DNA of 62,692 bases, counting the filler, from Choristocarpus tenellus KU-1152 (lineage: Eukaryota; Protista; Phaeophyceae), in the NCBI GenBank assembly GCA_964200185.2. It is 12 parts of 12 records of this genome, joined end to end, with 100 filler letters (N's around TTAATTAATTAA, not from the genome) between each part and the next. Parts side by side here need not be neighbours in the genome. Positions count along the whole stretch, not along the records: positions 6,081 to 13,499 come from CAXNAD020006188.1; positions 13,600 to 21,665 come from CAXNAD020005207.1; positions 21,766 to 24,536 come from CAXNAD020024887.1; positions 24,637 to 29,326 come from CAXNAD020013450.1; 8 more parts are not named here. The stretch is one strand, 5' to 3'. This document shows, in pieces, positions 12,181-25,955 of this stretch; positions within the stretch are counted from its first letter, which is position 1, and the number at the start of each line of letters is the position of its first letter. The position numbers and the translations under genes were made by a program. The notes beneath the pieces were generated by a model. The model was not told where the DNA came from, searched no databases, and saw only the letters and a program-made list of their open reading frames with translations.

Positions 12181-13499
12181 CCTGGTGGTGAGAGCCTCTT
12201 GGCTTTGAACACGCAAAGCCTAAGATGTCCTATACGTAAATGTTGGTGGATTAGATAAATTAATATACAATTAATTTTATCTCTCAACTCTCCTCGTTTT
12301 CATGAGTGTACACATGCGGTGGTGAAGAGACCGTTATCACCGGGAACATATATTCGCTCGTATGCTAAAGGTGGCTGTTCATTACATCATGTCATGCTTT
12401 CGTGAAATGGATTTATTGATCATCATGAAATGACTAACACCATCCTCAAACAGAAAAAAAAGGAGACTCAAGTCTACCATCAGGCTATGGTGCTGTACTG
12501 TGCTCCAGTATCTGGCATACACAAGGCGAACCCCATCCCTGGTCTTTGATGGCTCCTTGGTCCCCGGAATCTGCAACGAATGAAAGGACTTGAACAATAA
12601 ATTCCCCTACTGATGCAACACTTTCTTACTTTTGACTGTGATGCTCAACAATGAAAATGACATTTTGTAGAATAAAATTAATCATGGTGGTGCCACAGTG
12701 AAAAAAACTACAGATGGGGGTCTGTTTTCTTACGTAAGAACATAATGTTTGTGTTCTTGCAGTTCATGACCAACATCCATAGTGTCTATCCTATTTGCTG
12801 TTGCGACTATTGACATACCGTCACATGAGATACAGAAAACTGTTCTCATCTCATCTTCTGCCTGGATCGTCGTCATCACAACTACTGTACACAGGAGGAG
12901 AAGTGGTGGGGGGAAGGGATGACTGTCAAAAATATGCTACTGCCCTCAAAGTCTTCCAACACAAGACCGGATTCTTTTTTTGCCAATATCTTACTACAAA
13001 TACATTATGAGCATACCAGTACTGAATGGCGAATCTCTGGGGACTCTCTTGCTACTTGCTGTGCTCTCCACTACTAGTGATCTATACGGACAAGAAGTTT
13101 GTAGATACAACACAAAACACACACACACACATTTATGTATACTTCAAAGTACTCGGGACAACTGCACAAAAATATATTCGTGTAGATACATACATATATT
13201 AATGACTATTCACTACGTCAACGCTTTTTGTTGTATGATATGCTTTCAGATGCAAACCCTCTCTACTACTGCCTGCCTCTTATCCCTGCCCTACCTCAAC
13301 CCTCCCTCAAACCCACCCTCTGTTTGATGTCCCCTGTCATGATCTCAGATAGGACTCTAATGTACTCCTGCTTGGTTACCCCCAGAAGATGACTCTGGTT
13401 GTTCTCAACCTGGAATGAGATTACTCCTAGCTGGGGTGGGGGGGGGGTGCAGGGGGTGAGAGGGGGGGGGATGTGTATAGACGTTACTCAGAGTATGTT

Positions 13500-13599
13500 N
13501 NNNNNNNNNNNNNNNNNNNNNNNNNNNNNNNNNNNNNNNNNNNTTAATTAATTAANNNNNNNNNNNNNNNNNNNNNNNNNNNNNNNNNNNNNNNNNNNN
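13500..13599. other. artificial contig linker
   Basis: 44N-TTAATTAATTAA-44N. Confidence 0.97.
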
Positions 13600-13656
13600 G
13601 TCCGAATGGACACCCTGGTGTAGACCCCACCCCCCACCCCCCAGATACTTTGGGTC
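13600..13656 (-). mobile_element. partial MITE subfamily C end at contig start
   Basis: ggacaccctggtgtagacccc...cagatactttgggtc matches the end of 12003-12180. Confidence 0.75.
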
Positions 13657-14500
13657 GTAGGTCATGGATTCTTGTGCTCCAACCCTCATCTTCTCCAATC
13701 CCAAAGCTTGCCATGGTTGTCTTGGAGATATTTGTCCAGCAAATAGGATCCTCTACTTGCACACCGCTACCTTAATGCTCTAAATCTAGTTTTCGTAAAG
13801 AGCATCTTTGTAGGATAGGATGTGACGTGACTAGTGTGCTCTCGTTTGCGGAATCCTTTACTGCGGAGGAGGAATTTGTGCTGATAGGAGTGGAGCATCA
13901 GATTATGAGCCTGGTGGTGTGTCCACGTTATACAACCTCAAAACAACAGAACCTCAATCAAACACCTCAGCTTTTTGAGCGTTCAAATCTTAAGTTCAAG
14001 TGTGTGAGACACCTGAGGCCCTGCCATAAAAGTTGGGAGTATTTTCGAAACAACTCAAAGTTTTCTTAGTCCTCCGGTTACTCTCAGCAGTGATTACGGC
14101 ATCATCGATTCATGATTCCCTTATCATGAACAAACCTATCTTCTATCAGTCTGCTTATAGATTTAGTGCATGGACTGGATCTGTACTACAACAGAGTCAC
14201 CAACAAGAGTTGTAAATGGACCAAGTGCATATTTCTATCAAGAAAAGAAAGTACTGTCTTTTCCCTAAGATATTAAAATACATATGGAAGCACGTATGAT
14301 GTATGGAAGTTACCGTAGGGTAAAGTATGGAGAAATCCAACGCATGGTACTATTAAGTGCCTCCCAAGGTGTGAAACCCTCCCGTTTTTTTTGCAGTTCA
14401 TTGAAGCCATTCTGTTTCATTTCCATGTTGACATCGTGTGCACAGAAAAAGCCTGCTGCTCGCCCGTTTGGAAGTATATACAAGTGAATGCAACGAAAAC

Positions 14501-14776
14501 CTAAGATGTTAATTATGTAGGTACATATGTCAGACGTAAGAAAGCTGGCGTAAGGTAAGACAAATTTGGAAGTATCTTACATACGTTCAGACACCTCACA
14601 AGTTGTGGAATGCCCCCCTTGATCTTTTTTACTTTTTTGTTCTTCGTCGTTCCATTGAAGCTAAGTCCACCTAGTCCTCTGTCGTCTGCTCGTAGTTTTC
14701 CATGAGTTAGAGGAAGCCTAATACGCCGTAAATATCCGTATGTAAGAAGGGTGATCTCATGTAGTTAACATCTTAG
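14501..14776. mobile_element. small TIR element (CTAAGATGTTAA termini); a related copy begins at about 14263
   Basis: ctaagatgttaatta at 14501 vs tagttaacatcttag ending 14776; inner inverted pair tcttacatacg / cgtatgtaaga. Confidence 0.45.
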
Positions 14777-17096
14777 ACCAAAAAGATATATATATATATA
14801 CTGTCTCTACTCCTGCGCAAAACTTGTCAAAATGTAACTCAGGTAGTTGTCCGCCCGTATTCCGTCACAAGAAATCTGAGTCCCATCAACCATGTGAGAG
14901 TTACATTGTGAAGGTAGACCTTCACCTTACTCGCCCTAAACCACCACAAAAAGGGACATGCGGAAAGAACCAGATTGTGGTGGCGAAGAGACTTTCGGAT
15001 AAAGCCAGATTGTTGGAGGAGGTTGATCAACAAAGGGATAGGACGCCTAACCCCAACACGCGAGAAAAAATAAGGACACGCACAGGGCAGATAGTTCTTA
15101 GGGTAGAAGGAAAAGTACAGTGTGGACTACCATCTGAACACAGGTCAAGGGGGTACAGTGGATAGTGTGGCTCTATGAGGTAGTGGAGAACAAGAGCCCA
15201 GATTAGAGTGAGGAAATGAAATAGGGATAGATTGAGACAGGAACCAAGTATTGTTAGAATAAGCAACTCCAATATATTATATCCATACCATCACTATTCA
15301 CATATAACACTATCCCTAACCCTAACCACAAAAACCAATAATACATAGTGCAATATACTATTATTATCATAACAATGAGGTCTGTTTTCCACCACACAAC
15401 TTGGATCCTAGTTGATATATATATATTTTGCCCTATGATATTTTGCAGATATATATATGTGTGTGTGTGCGTGTCCAACAAAAAACTAAAACCAAACCAT
15501 ACTACAAGGACTGATGTTACTACTGTTGAAAATGTAGCACTTGTAGTCAATGATAAGGCACCTCTTCTCTAAAAAATAGGTACAATTTGAAAACTACCAA
15601 CACAATGCAAAGTCCCTTAAAGATTGTTCACTACATAGTAATGTGTACACTGCTACGCTTTTAACCTGGCTTAGCCCTATGAAAGTGGGCTAGGAGCTAG
15701 GGAAGGATGTCAAGAATCTGTCAGGCCCCTTCTTGCCTACCTCTCTGATGTCTCTATCTAGCTTCAAACGCATGTCACGTCTCGAGAGAGTTGCTTGTGC
15801 AGTGATAGACACCATCTGTCTCACGTGAGATTTCACAGCCCCTTTCCTTCAATACCCCCCAGCCCCTCTCCCCGTACTGCATGCATGCCCAACTCTTCCA
15901 GGAACCTCTATGCATGCTAAACAAGGTGCCCAAACTTACCACTGCGAAAGTATTGAGATTACAACTATGAGGGCCAATAGATCCCTCGTAGTGGGTGTGC
16001 TTTCGCGACTCGGCTGCTGCAGTAGGTACACCATTGCTGGTGGATAAGTGTGGCAAGAGACAGGCTACTTGGACTTCTGTAAAAGCAACGTATAAAAAGG
16101 AGCTCTTTGTCGGGGTAGGGACCTCCCTCCCTAGAGATCTTCTGGCAGCGAGTCTAAACTCGAGAGGAGAGATCCAACGTGGTGGTCAAATTGAAGGATT
16201 GTGTGGAGGCCCACCCAATCACCCCTTGCCCACAGTGGTCGTAGTGGTTGGGTTGAGGAAGTGAATAATATGTTTCCTTCTTGTTCCACTATGAGTTTCG
16301 AATGGTTTGTCAGTTTCTTCAGAATGGAGTCGAATTGGATCCTTAGGTTCTTTTTAACTGTTTTGGCAACACGATAAATATTCCATATATGGTGTAAATT
16401 TGTATCTTATTTAGGGGATATGAGCATTTAACGGATTTTTTTTCCAGGAAAACGTCAACATTTAGTGGTTCAGTAACATAACCAAATTCCAATAAAAATA
16501 TATAATTCTTGAATTTTCCTTCCTATTTCTACCACTGGTGTAATCCCATACAACTAACAAACACAGAGAAGACAGTATCAACACACTAACGGATAGACAG
16601 GCAGATGAGTGGACGAGTGAGCATCACTTGGTTTTACGATACTGTACGTATGTGAGATATTGTATTGGTGTAATGGCTTCGCAGAATAGTATCAATATAA
16701 TCTAGGAAAATCAGACCTTTTCTATGTTATTCATCCTATTCTTGCGTTTTGGTCAATAACTTAAAACATTCGTTGGTGGAGACAAATTGAAGATATTATT
16801 CCCTACGAAGATTTATCATCTTCTAACTAAGTTATACTTAGAGGTACGGTGTGGAAAGGAGGTGTAGAGCTTGCCGTTATGAGTCCAATATCTATAACAA
16901 CAATCTTCAAAAAATGAACAAAAACTAACTTTTTTTGAGGTGAGCACAGCTTGGTTCGACAGTTCAGGTTGGGAAGAAGGTGGGGGTAAGACTCTGTTGT
17001 GTTCAAGACTGTTGTGGTTGGCGTGTACAAACTTCCCCAATAAGGGGATGGAGGTCTGTTTGATTCTTTCGAATCAACAATTTGGTGGGTTTTTCA

Positions 17097-20000
17097 ATGT
17101 ATTCTCAAGGACCAAATTCAGCTAAAAGGGTCCAATACCCTGAAGAGGAAGAGGGAGAGACAGCTCAGGGAGAAGTGGGAGGAGGTTTGAAGGGGAAGAA
17201 GAACTCGCTGGTTCTTCAGTCCAACCTTCTTATCCCCGCTGTGGATGACGATAGTCAGGGGAAAAAAATGAAGACACCGCACACTCTACTCTCAACCCCA
17301 TCCTTGCCAGGTCCTGGTTTTAGCGCACGAAATGAGCATATCACACACCTACCACCGGACTCGCGCAGCCGGCGAACACAGGCAAGGAAAAACAGAGACA
17401 AGGAAAAAAAACTTGTTATAGACACCGGGAAAGATGAAAATGTCTCCTGGGACCATGGCATGAGAAGCAGTGAGGGCACCCAAGTCGTAGGCATGTCCGT
17501 GACTGCGGATGGTCTGACTAATCCCACCTCTCCTGTGGCATCGGAGAAATTTGAGAATGAATATGCAGAATCGTGTCCCGAGCCAGAGGCTTTCCAACGC
17601 CTTGACCCCTCGGGTGGGAGACGGAGAGCAAACACTTCAACCCCTTCCTTTTCCAGGTTGCGGAGTAGTGAACCTTCCAATAGGGCGACAGCAGGCGGGC
17701 GGGCTAGGAGCAACAAGTCGGGTAAGTCCCCTGTCTCTGCCGACCCTGAAATGACGCACGGGACATCGAGGTCGACCGAGACTTCGAAAGATGAAATGGG
17801 CAAGCAGCAGCGGTCGATTTCACCAGAGTCTCGGAGTGCAATGATCCAGCACCAGAGTGATGGTTCTACATCTAGGGACATTCCCTCTAGAACCCGGGCG
17901 GATGGCGAGGGAATGGATAATCGGTCAGAGCACCGACCCAAGCCTCATCGAAAGATGAGCTTCTCATCCATGGGATCGTCGCATGAAATCGCCTTGGAGG
18001 TGGCGAGAGGGATGGGTAGCGGGCGACTTGGCGTTTTTTCAGACTCAAATATGTTGACTCTCACTGTAGGCGATGAGGAGGGTGTGGAGCTGGAAAACTA
18101 TGCCTATTGGCCTGCAATGCCTTCGGTCTCTTCGAGGGGGCGTCGCACTGATCGGTATAAAAAGTGGGCAAATGCCAGGTGAGCTTGTAAGCAGTTATTT
18201 TATGCTGTAGTGCAGGGGGCATTTAGAAGCTGGGGGGGGTACACGAGGAGAGCAGGGCAAAGTGAAGGTGGGGGGAGTCGTAGGCAAACATTGGTTGGTT
18301 GTGCTGGTAGGCAGAGCATAGAGTCAACTATCGTTGCATACACACTACGCCATGTAGAGAGTTTGACACAATTTGTAATTCGATGAGAAGTCTTTCATGT
18401 ATTGGCAGGGTCCTAGATGTTCTCACTCCGAGATTAGTCTATTTTTCTCTACCTTAAAGCTAGCACTTGTTAGGTTTAGAGTTGAAGTGTTTGAGACTTG
18501 TGTCCAACTTACCAGGGAATTGAAGCAGGGCATCACATCAGAGAGTTGGTGTAGTGGGCAGTATAGTATGGTTATGAGATAACCTGAGGATGGTACAACA
18601 GGTTTAGGATATGCTGTCTGCAGTAAATATTGCACTGCACATACCAGCCCACCTGACCCTCCGATTTTGTCAGGAAATCCAAATTTTCCCCTGAAACGTT
18701 AAGCATCTGACACAAACTCGAGGTGAATTTTACGCTGTGAATAGAAGCCCAATTTTCTCAGAGCCTCAGGTAACCACAATGGATCTTCAGATGCTATCCC
18801 GATTTCTCATGTTTTGAAGCATTGAAATACATTGTCCAGGGGTTCTCCATGCTTGAGAAAAGAGTATTTTGTGTGCTCCGAGTCTGCATGTAGTTGTGGT
18901 GCGTCATGGTGTCTGTGGTAGGTAGTGGTCAGGTAAAAGGGGTGAAGGGGTAGCCCTAGAGGAGTAACAGAGCTCCGTTGCACTATTTTCATAAATACCT
19001 TGAAGAATTCTGTTCATGGAGGAACTCAGTTAATAGGGAACCGGAGTAAATATCAGCAGTTGGTATTCTCGGATATTATCTTGTTATGATGGAGCAGTTT
19101 ACCAATACTTTTCTATGCTTGGTATATGCCCAGAACTTGTGGCGAGGGGAGAGTTGTTTGAAACCAATCTATATTGCAAGTCCCCCTCGCCATCTCTCAA
19201 GTGTTACAAGAGATGAGCAGGTATCAACCCTTGTTTTCCTTGGAAACTGCCTTGAGTTTTGAGTCCAGGCTTGTTTCAGGTGCTTGGCCTAAGAACACTC
19301 AATACAATAAATAATGTACATGTCCCTCTGGTGATTATCTTCTGAAAGAGGTGATATGGAGAGTGACGGTTGCAGTAGTAGATAAGAACTTCAAAGTTCA
19401 CAGAGTCATTGGACAAGAGATGACTGTTTGATGCAGTGTAAGTAACAATGGTGTGAAGTTTAATTGAATGCTCTCTCTTCGGTGTTGGATTAATGAAGGC
19501 GATGAAACTGCAACTGTTGAGGGATCTCCACCCTAGAACACTGGGCACATGCAGCTATCTCGGTAATGGCATGGGATAGCAGATGTCAGTGTTGGATCTG
19601 GATCCACCATTGCCTGTGTTGGTAATGGAAAAATGTTTATGGTAAGCGGTTGCAGTGGTTAGACCATACAGACATATTTAGTATTCTGAAGCCTCCCATT
19701 GAAGTGTGTGGTCGACTGCACCTCGTCGTCCAGCACTGTTCTACTTCAGATCTAATCTATTCCAAAGCCGAGCATTGAACAGTCTTCTTTCTACATTCGG
19801 GCTTATCTACCGTGGCCTGGTGTATTATCCTTACAGGGAGGGAGGGTTTCTGCTGTTGCAACCCCAACTGACTCTAGAATTTGTTCGAAAAAAGAGTTCT
19901 CTTCCAGTTGCATCTAGAGCTCACTCAGGAAAAGCGGATAACAAAAGATTGGGAAAGAGAGTAGTGCAAGGCTCGATATATATATATATATATTTTCCAA

Positions 20001-21665
20001 CTGAACTTCCTAAGAACTCTGCCACCTGTCTCGACCAGTCTTTGGTATGTATATATGTATATTTTATAGTTTATGTTTTTGAACGCTGCTTTAGTGCAAC
20101 GTCTTCTTCTTCTTGAGTTCTCACAAGCATCAAGTTAATTTTTGTCTCTCTCGGTGTTGTATTGTTGTGGGAATATGGCATGCTGTGCTTGGTGCATTAA
20201 TTTAGCATGGAGGGATTTCTGTATTCCCTGAGACCACAGACGTTGCAATGACATCCACTGTGCCATTTGATAGTACCCTTCTCCATGTATCATGTTGGGT
20301 TTTTGTGTACTATAATCAGTACCACAACTGAGTGGATGATCAGTGATCACACAGTATTTCCATTTGTGATCACCTACACGGCATGGTGACATCTGTTGTC
20401 GCTTTGTTACTTACAGTTTCTCCTTGTTGCTCTGTTTCAAATTTTGTTGTTGTTGTTATTGTTATTGTTGTTGTTGTTATTATTATTATTATTGTTATAT
20501 TGTTATTATTATCATTATTGTTATATTATTATTATTACTATTATTGTTATATTATTATTGTTATTATTATTATTATTATTGTTATATTATTATTATTATT
20601 GTTGTTATCGTGTATGTACGTGTTAAATGAGAACCGGTTGACACGATCTACCACGAAACATTCATTTGAGGCCCTGCCCTTGATCCCAAGGGTTAGGGTT
20701 CACTCTCAGTCGTACAAGTGCGTTTTTGGACCCCTTTTCCTCGAATTATGTTCTCTTCGCTCACCCACTAGTTAGAACTGTTTTTTTTTCCCCATTTTGT
20801 TGGCTGCTCTACACCTCCCCCCCCCCCCCTCCCCTCCCCCCCCCCATATATTGGCCCTAACCCTAGCAGATCTGTTGGAGATGATCACACGACCCGGACG
20901 GGAGCTATGCCCCGAGAAAAGAGCAAGAACAGGGTGTCAAGAGGCATTACCCATGACCATGCTGCAATCGGAGGAGGTGATGATGGCAAAAACTTGGGTG
21001 ATGTCCGTAAGCAGCGCCAAGGGTCAACGGGGGGTGAGGGCAGGAGAGGGGCGGATGGTGTGAAGAACAGGGAACATCGCAAGCCTTCGGAAGGACGGCG
21101 GCGGGAGCGTAAGGGAACGCACTCGTCCCGCAGCAGGAGCAGGGGGTCTACTCCCAAGAGACAGGAGGAGGCCAACAAGAACGAAATGCCATCGAAGCAG
21201 CAGCATGACGTTGTGTGGCGAAAGGACGGTGAGCGGGGTCGCTGGGAGAAGCTCAGTGTGATGGTTCCGGAGAGCTTCGTTGCGGTAGACGGGGAGACAG
21301 AGGGAGCAGGCGACCATGCCGGAGACGCTACGTCTTTGAGGGAAATAGAGGAAGCAGCGGCAACCAGGGCGCCTGTGCTGGGAGCTGCTGGCGTGAGTCC
21401 TGCTGACCAGCTGGAGGGCGAGGATGGGGGGCTGAAATTGTCAGTTGCGGGAGTGGGAGATGCAGTGGATTTGGAGCCTGAGGCAACCAACAGGCTGGTG
21501 CCAGAGAGAGAGGCCAAGGGGGTTCGGAGAAAGAGCAGGGGATTGAGGGATGGAAGAGAGCACAGTCGAAGTGGTAGCAGCAATACAGGCAGTAGCAGTG
21601 GAGGGGCTATGGGGACCGGGTTGGATCACCGAGGGGGGGGTGGGGGGGATGTATCTGGAGCAGAA
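17097..21665 (+). CDS. unknown, largely disordered protein; two large exons (17097-18178, 20870->21665), 3'-truncated
   Basis: The 366-aa and 268-aa ORFs join in frame: AATGCCAG|gtgagc (phase 2) to ctagcag|A TCT GTT (..ANAR SVGDDHTTRTGAMPREK..). Ser/Arg/Gly/Glu-rich, no recognisable domain. Confidence 0.7.
20444..20607. repeat. (TTA/TTG)n compound microsatellite
   Basis: Directly visible; produces spurious poly-L/I/Y ORFs. Confidence 0.95.
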
Positions 21666-21765
21666 NNNNNNNNNNNNNNNNNNNNNNNNNNNNNNNNNNN
21701 NNNNNNNNNTTAATTAATTAANNNNNNNNNNNNNNNNNNNNNNNNNNNNNNNNNNNNNNNNNNNN
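21666..21765. other. artificial contig linker
   Basis: 44N-TTAATTAATTAA-44N. Confidence 0.97.
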
Positions 21766-21770
21766 CCACC

Positions 21771-21838
<68 letters not shown>

Positions 21839-21852
21839 AGATACTTTGACCC
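21766..21852. mobile_element. MITE TIR with long poly-C at contig start
   Basis: (C)n-agatactttgaccc. Confidence 0.75.
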
Positions 21853-22586
21853 TCTTCTCTGTCTAGCAGTTTGTGGTGCAGTAGACTGTTGTGACAAAGA
21901 GCTGCACATTAACTACACAGCTTGTGCACTTTGATTGTCTGGCAAGCAGTTTTACCTGCTGTCTTACCTCGATTTTTCATCGTAGGTGTCGGAGGGGGGA
22001 GGGGGTATATAATTGAAACAAAACAGATTTTTTTTACCATGGCCTCCGCTTTGGTCGAAACAATGGTCTATTTCCTCGTGGTAGTGGAATTGACTTTTCC
22101 TCACTTGTCAGTTCATACTCCGAGTACCACCTCTCCCAGTGCGAGGTTCACTACATAGGGGAAGAGCTTAGAGGAGTTTGTGGAACCTATAGTAGTATAT
22201 ATGTATATGATAGTTCCAGCCACAGTGTACAATTTATAGGGCTTGATACACGAACTTTGGATTATCAAAAACAGGTTCCATGAAAGCAAGTCTGCATGGA
22301 TGTGGTTAGATAGCCACAAAATCCATTCAGGTAACCACACCTCCTTGGCAACTGTCGCACAGGACGCTCACCTTCCCTCCCTCACATAGTAGGTACTATT
22401 ATTAGTTAATATTAAATTGATTTCATTTAAGGTTATCCTATTATCTACAATCGCGCATCTATTAAAAAATAAAAAACGCCAAAACAATAAACAAAAAGTG
22501 AGGCGGAAAAGATCATTCGATCTCACCCCTGAAATACCTCAGACTCTGCATGTCTGCCCGATGAAAAAAAAGCACTTTTGACTTCT

Positions 22587-22690
22587 CTAAATAACAGCCT
22601 CTCGGCAAAATTGAGGATGGAGAATTTCATGGAGGATGAGTTTGACCCAAAATGGTGTGCGGAAAGTGCCCATTTTTGAATGGGATATAT
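22587..22690 (+). mobile_element. family E transposon terminus
   Basis: ctaaataacagcc...aaaattgaggatggag...gaggatgagtttgacccaaaatggtg.cggaaagtgcc, homologous to 51529-51615. Confidence 0.55.
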
Positions 22691-23599
22691 TAATGTTGAA
22701 AAAGATTTCGGTGCTTGTTGTAAATCTTCTAGAACATTGAAACATGGTACTTCGAAGTAGGCCCACCAGTAGTTCTAGGTAGAATTTCCTTCTAGGTACA
22801 TAACAACTACAGGCTATATACAATGTACGCTACAAGAAGTGAGTGAGTACCAACAACAACAAATGCAAACTTCACTCTCTTCACCCAAAAACATCACCCA
22901 ATTTCGAAATGTGTACTATCTATAATAGGTACTACAAATACTAAATCGTACATGGAACTAATCATACTAATCGTAACTTAGTCATTTTATAAGAGCTATA
23001 ATACTACATACAAGTAAGAGAGATCTCGAATAACTAATCAGAAAATAAAATAAAAGAGGCATCCATCTGAATAATAGTAGTAAGTATACTCTACATTCAT
23101 CCAGTAGAGGCCACAACAAATCATCATGAAGAATGCACATTAGTGTTGGTGGCATGCTCTCATTAGTAGCGCATTCCAGAGTTATAGTATAGCCACACCT
23201 TAAGCGAGGAGGGGCGTTTCATTTCCCTTCATATTGCTTGTATTCCTAGCTCCAGCTTGGCTGCTTTCAAGTCGTGACAGAGATTTACTCCCACCCCCAC
23301 ACAACTACTTTGAAGTCTCCATAGAACTCGAGATGTACATCATATTCTACTACGGATCTATGGGAGATCATGATGTCAGGGAAACCGATTCAAAATGTCA
23401 GTTGTTGGTCATGGCGGTTTCAAAGTCGGAAAAGTCTCTATTCTGGAAGGATCGACTGGTAAACCTCTTTCATATCCCTTAGGCATCGTTTGGGTTAGTT
23501 GTGACTTCTTGCTACTGGTCCGCTCAAGGACCCCATTCGAAGTTTGGTGGTGAAGGTGGAAAGAACATTGGAGAGAACGAAGGTGAGACACGACCTTCA

Positions 23600-24496
23600 C
23601 TACCAGCCACCTCCGTCCACCTTGCTCCAGGATTGTCAGCCTCGTCACTCAAGTTGATAGGCCTTATCCACACGGTCTTGAGACAGCACAGCCAAGCCCT
23701 GTAATTCAGGAGTGCTAATACTCCGGACAAATAGAGAGAAATGGGTCAGCTGGGTCCCTTCTGGCTGGAGTGATGTAACTTGAATCCTGTCTGGTTTCGC
23801 ACGAACCCGGAAGACAAGTGACTCACTGTCCCAAGAGTATAACCCCGACGTCTTAAGGTGCCTTTATCCCTCGCACTCACCCACAATGATACTGTTTCCC
23901 TGGCGTATTTCAACCACCTAGGTACCAGCATGCGTGTGCTCCACAACCTCCTTCTCTTTCTGGGAGCACTGGTGCTCACCTTTTCGGGCCTGAGATATGG
24001 CGAGGTGAGGGCTCCGAACATTGGGTGGTCGGTTGAGTCGTCTCACCAGCTTCTTACCCCTAACAGACAAATCCCAGTGCTAAGCGATGTCTTGATACGT
24101 CTCAGTCTCGAAATAGTCGTGGGTCTCTTCCACACTTTCTCGTTCCTTTGGCGTACTCGAATGTTCTCCGCACTGCCTTTCGCCCTTGTTTCTGACATGC
24201 CCATGGAGCTGTTCCTCCGTTGATCGAAATGCAAAAACACGAAAGCCTGTCTGTGCTGAATGACACCTTGCCACTGTTCTGTCACATGCCCAACCGTAAA
24301 GGAGAAGAAGGGGTCCCCAAGTGTACACCCAAAGCGTGATGTCCCCAGCCTCCCAAGAAAGGCTTGGCGCGCTCTGCACCGCAGTTTCTGCCGCGTATCT
24401 GGGTGCTGCGAGGAATATGAGGGCATTATCTCAACCATCTCCCAGAAAAGCACAAACCTGGAACACCAAGTGGGTGATAGCCCCCTTGCCGATTGA
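23600..24496 (+). mobile_element. highly degenerate ORF, possibly the tyrosine recombinase of a DIRS/Ngaro/Crypton-type element
   Basis: One + frame with scattered stops reads ...LHNLLLFLGALVLTFSGLRYGEV...SDVLI...ALHRSFCR...NLEH..., resembling the R...HxxR...H order of tyrosine recombinases. Assignment is by motif recall only. Confidence 0.35.
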
Positions 24497-24516
24497 CCCT
24501 CACCACACTGTGAATA

Positions 24517-24536
24517 GGGTCAAAGTATCTGGGGGG
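24517..24536. mobile_element. MITE TIR at contig end
   Basis: gggtcaaagtatctgggggg running into the gap. Confidence 0.75.
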
Positions 24537-24636
24537 NNNNNNNNNNNNNNNNNNNNNNNNNNNNNNNNNNNNNNNNNNNNTTAATTAATTAANNNNNNNN
24601 NNNNNNNNNNNNNNNNNNNNNNNNNNNNNNNNNNNN
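24537..24636. other. artificial contig linker
   Basis: 44N-TTAATTAATTAA-44N. Confidence 0.97.
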
Positions 24637-24690
24637 CTACCAACACCGCCACGCACACCCAGCCCGCCCGACTGCCGGCGGCGGGGAGAG

Positions 24691-24736
<46 letters not shown>

Positions 24737-25380
24737 ATGGAATTTTTTTATGATTCCAGCCAGAAGGTAAGACAACTACTCAGAACACATACATTCAGGA
24801 GGTTTTCGTGGGTGCTTCAGAGAGTAGGGTCTGCAGGAACTCACACCATCTGGAACCATGCGCCCAGAACAGTACCTTTGGTTCAACTAGAACTCAGGCC
24901 TTACTAGGACTATGCACTATGGGGACTGTTGAGATATGGTACCTGGTACAACTGTGTCCACTGTACCTCAGAACAAGAATTGGACTAAGGCAAAGGAGGG
25001 CCCTGTTAACTAATAGGAGTGAATAAAGGTGCGTATATTGGATAGGTTATGCTTAATAAGAAATTGAGGACAAAAACACGCCTGGCCACGGGTGGAATGA
25101 TTGCGCTCCTTAAACCCTAACCCTAATGTCAGAGTATTGCTATTGCCAACAAGACCATTTCTACTCAAAACAAGCTAATTGTAACCATTTTCAGTCCCAA
25201 CAATTAAAAGCCAAACCACTATGATTATTCAAGTAAGAGCTACAGCCCCTCAAGAAGGGAAGTAATGATTTGTAACAAACAAGATCCACACACAAGAGTA
25301 ACCCTTCTGTCCATAGTCATCTCACATCTCATCAGTGTCACACCCCATCAGTATCATGCAAAGCGGCAACAAACCTATCC

Positions 25381-25480
25381 AGCAACAACAACAACAATAA
25401 TAATAATAATAACAATAACAATGACAATAATAACAGTAACAACAATAATAATAGCAATAATAGTAACAATAATAATAACA
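25381..25480. repeat. (AAT/AAC)n microsatellite
   Basis: Directly visible. Confidence 0.9.
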
Positions 25481-25803
25481 TTGTACTCCATCATACTCCA
25501 TCTCACCCACTCTTATGAACGACCCTAACCCTAACCCTAACCTTCTCAATACATACATGAGAAGAAAAAAATAACTTTTTTAAAGGCTCAACTCCCAAAC
25601 GGGAACCTCCAACAAGAGTTTCTTTAAAGCACTCACACACACACTCACATACATACACAATACAAAAACCAATGTCCAAGAAAACACTCAATAGACCCAC
25701 AGGAAAACAGCTCAGGATATACATTCTATTCCAACACAATACACAGTACGCCCCTAACTATTCTATTATCTGGGGAAAGTTAAATCCCAATTCCGGATCT
25801 CAC

Positions 25804-25896
25804 CGCCATATCTCCGCTAAATGTAACCGAAACCTTGCTGACATCCTCACAAGTGGCCTCCGCTGGTGCCTACCCCCAAGCAGGAGCACAAGATAG

Positions 25897-25955
<59 letters not shown>

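Noticed and set aside
9660-13330. Scattered ORF or exon-like pieces (10179-10418, 11244-11682, 12382-12597, 12795-13327)
   Set aside because: Interrupted by stops and without recognisable motifs; probably decayed repeats.
17255-17941. Long antisense ORFs (also 20885-21583, 44484-46301, 51850-52245, 53743-54135)
   Set aside because: Shadow frames of real exons on the opposite strand.
20383-20775. Hydrophobic poly-L/I/V/Y ORFs (also 25265-25558)
   Set aside because: These are translations of trinucleotide microsatellites.
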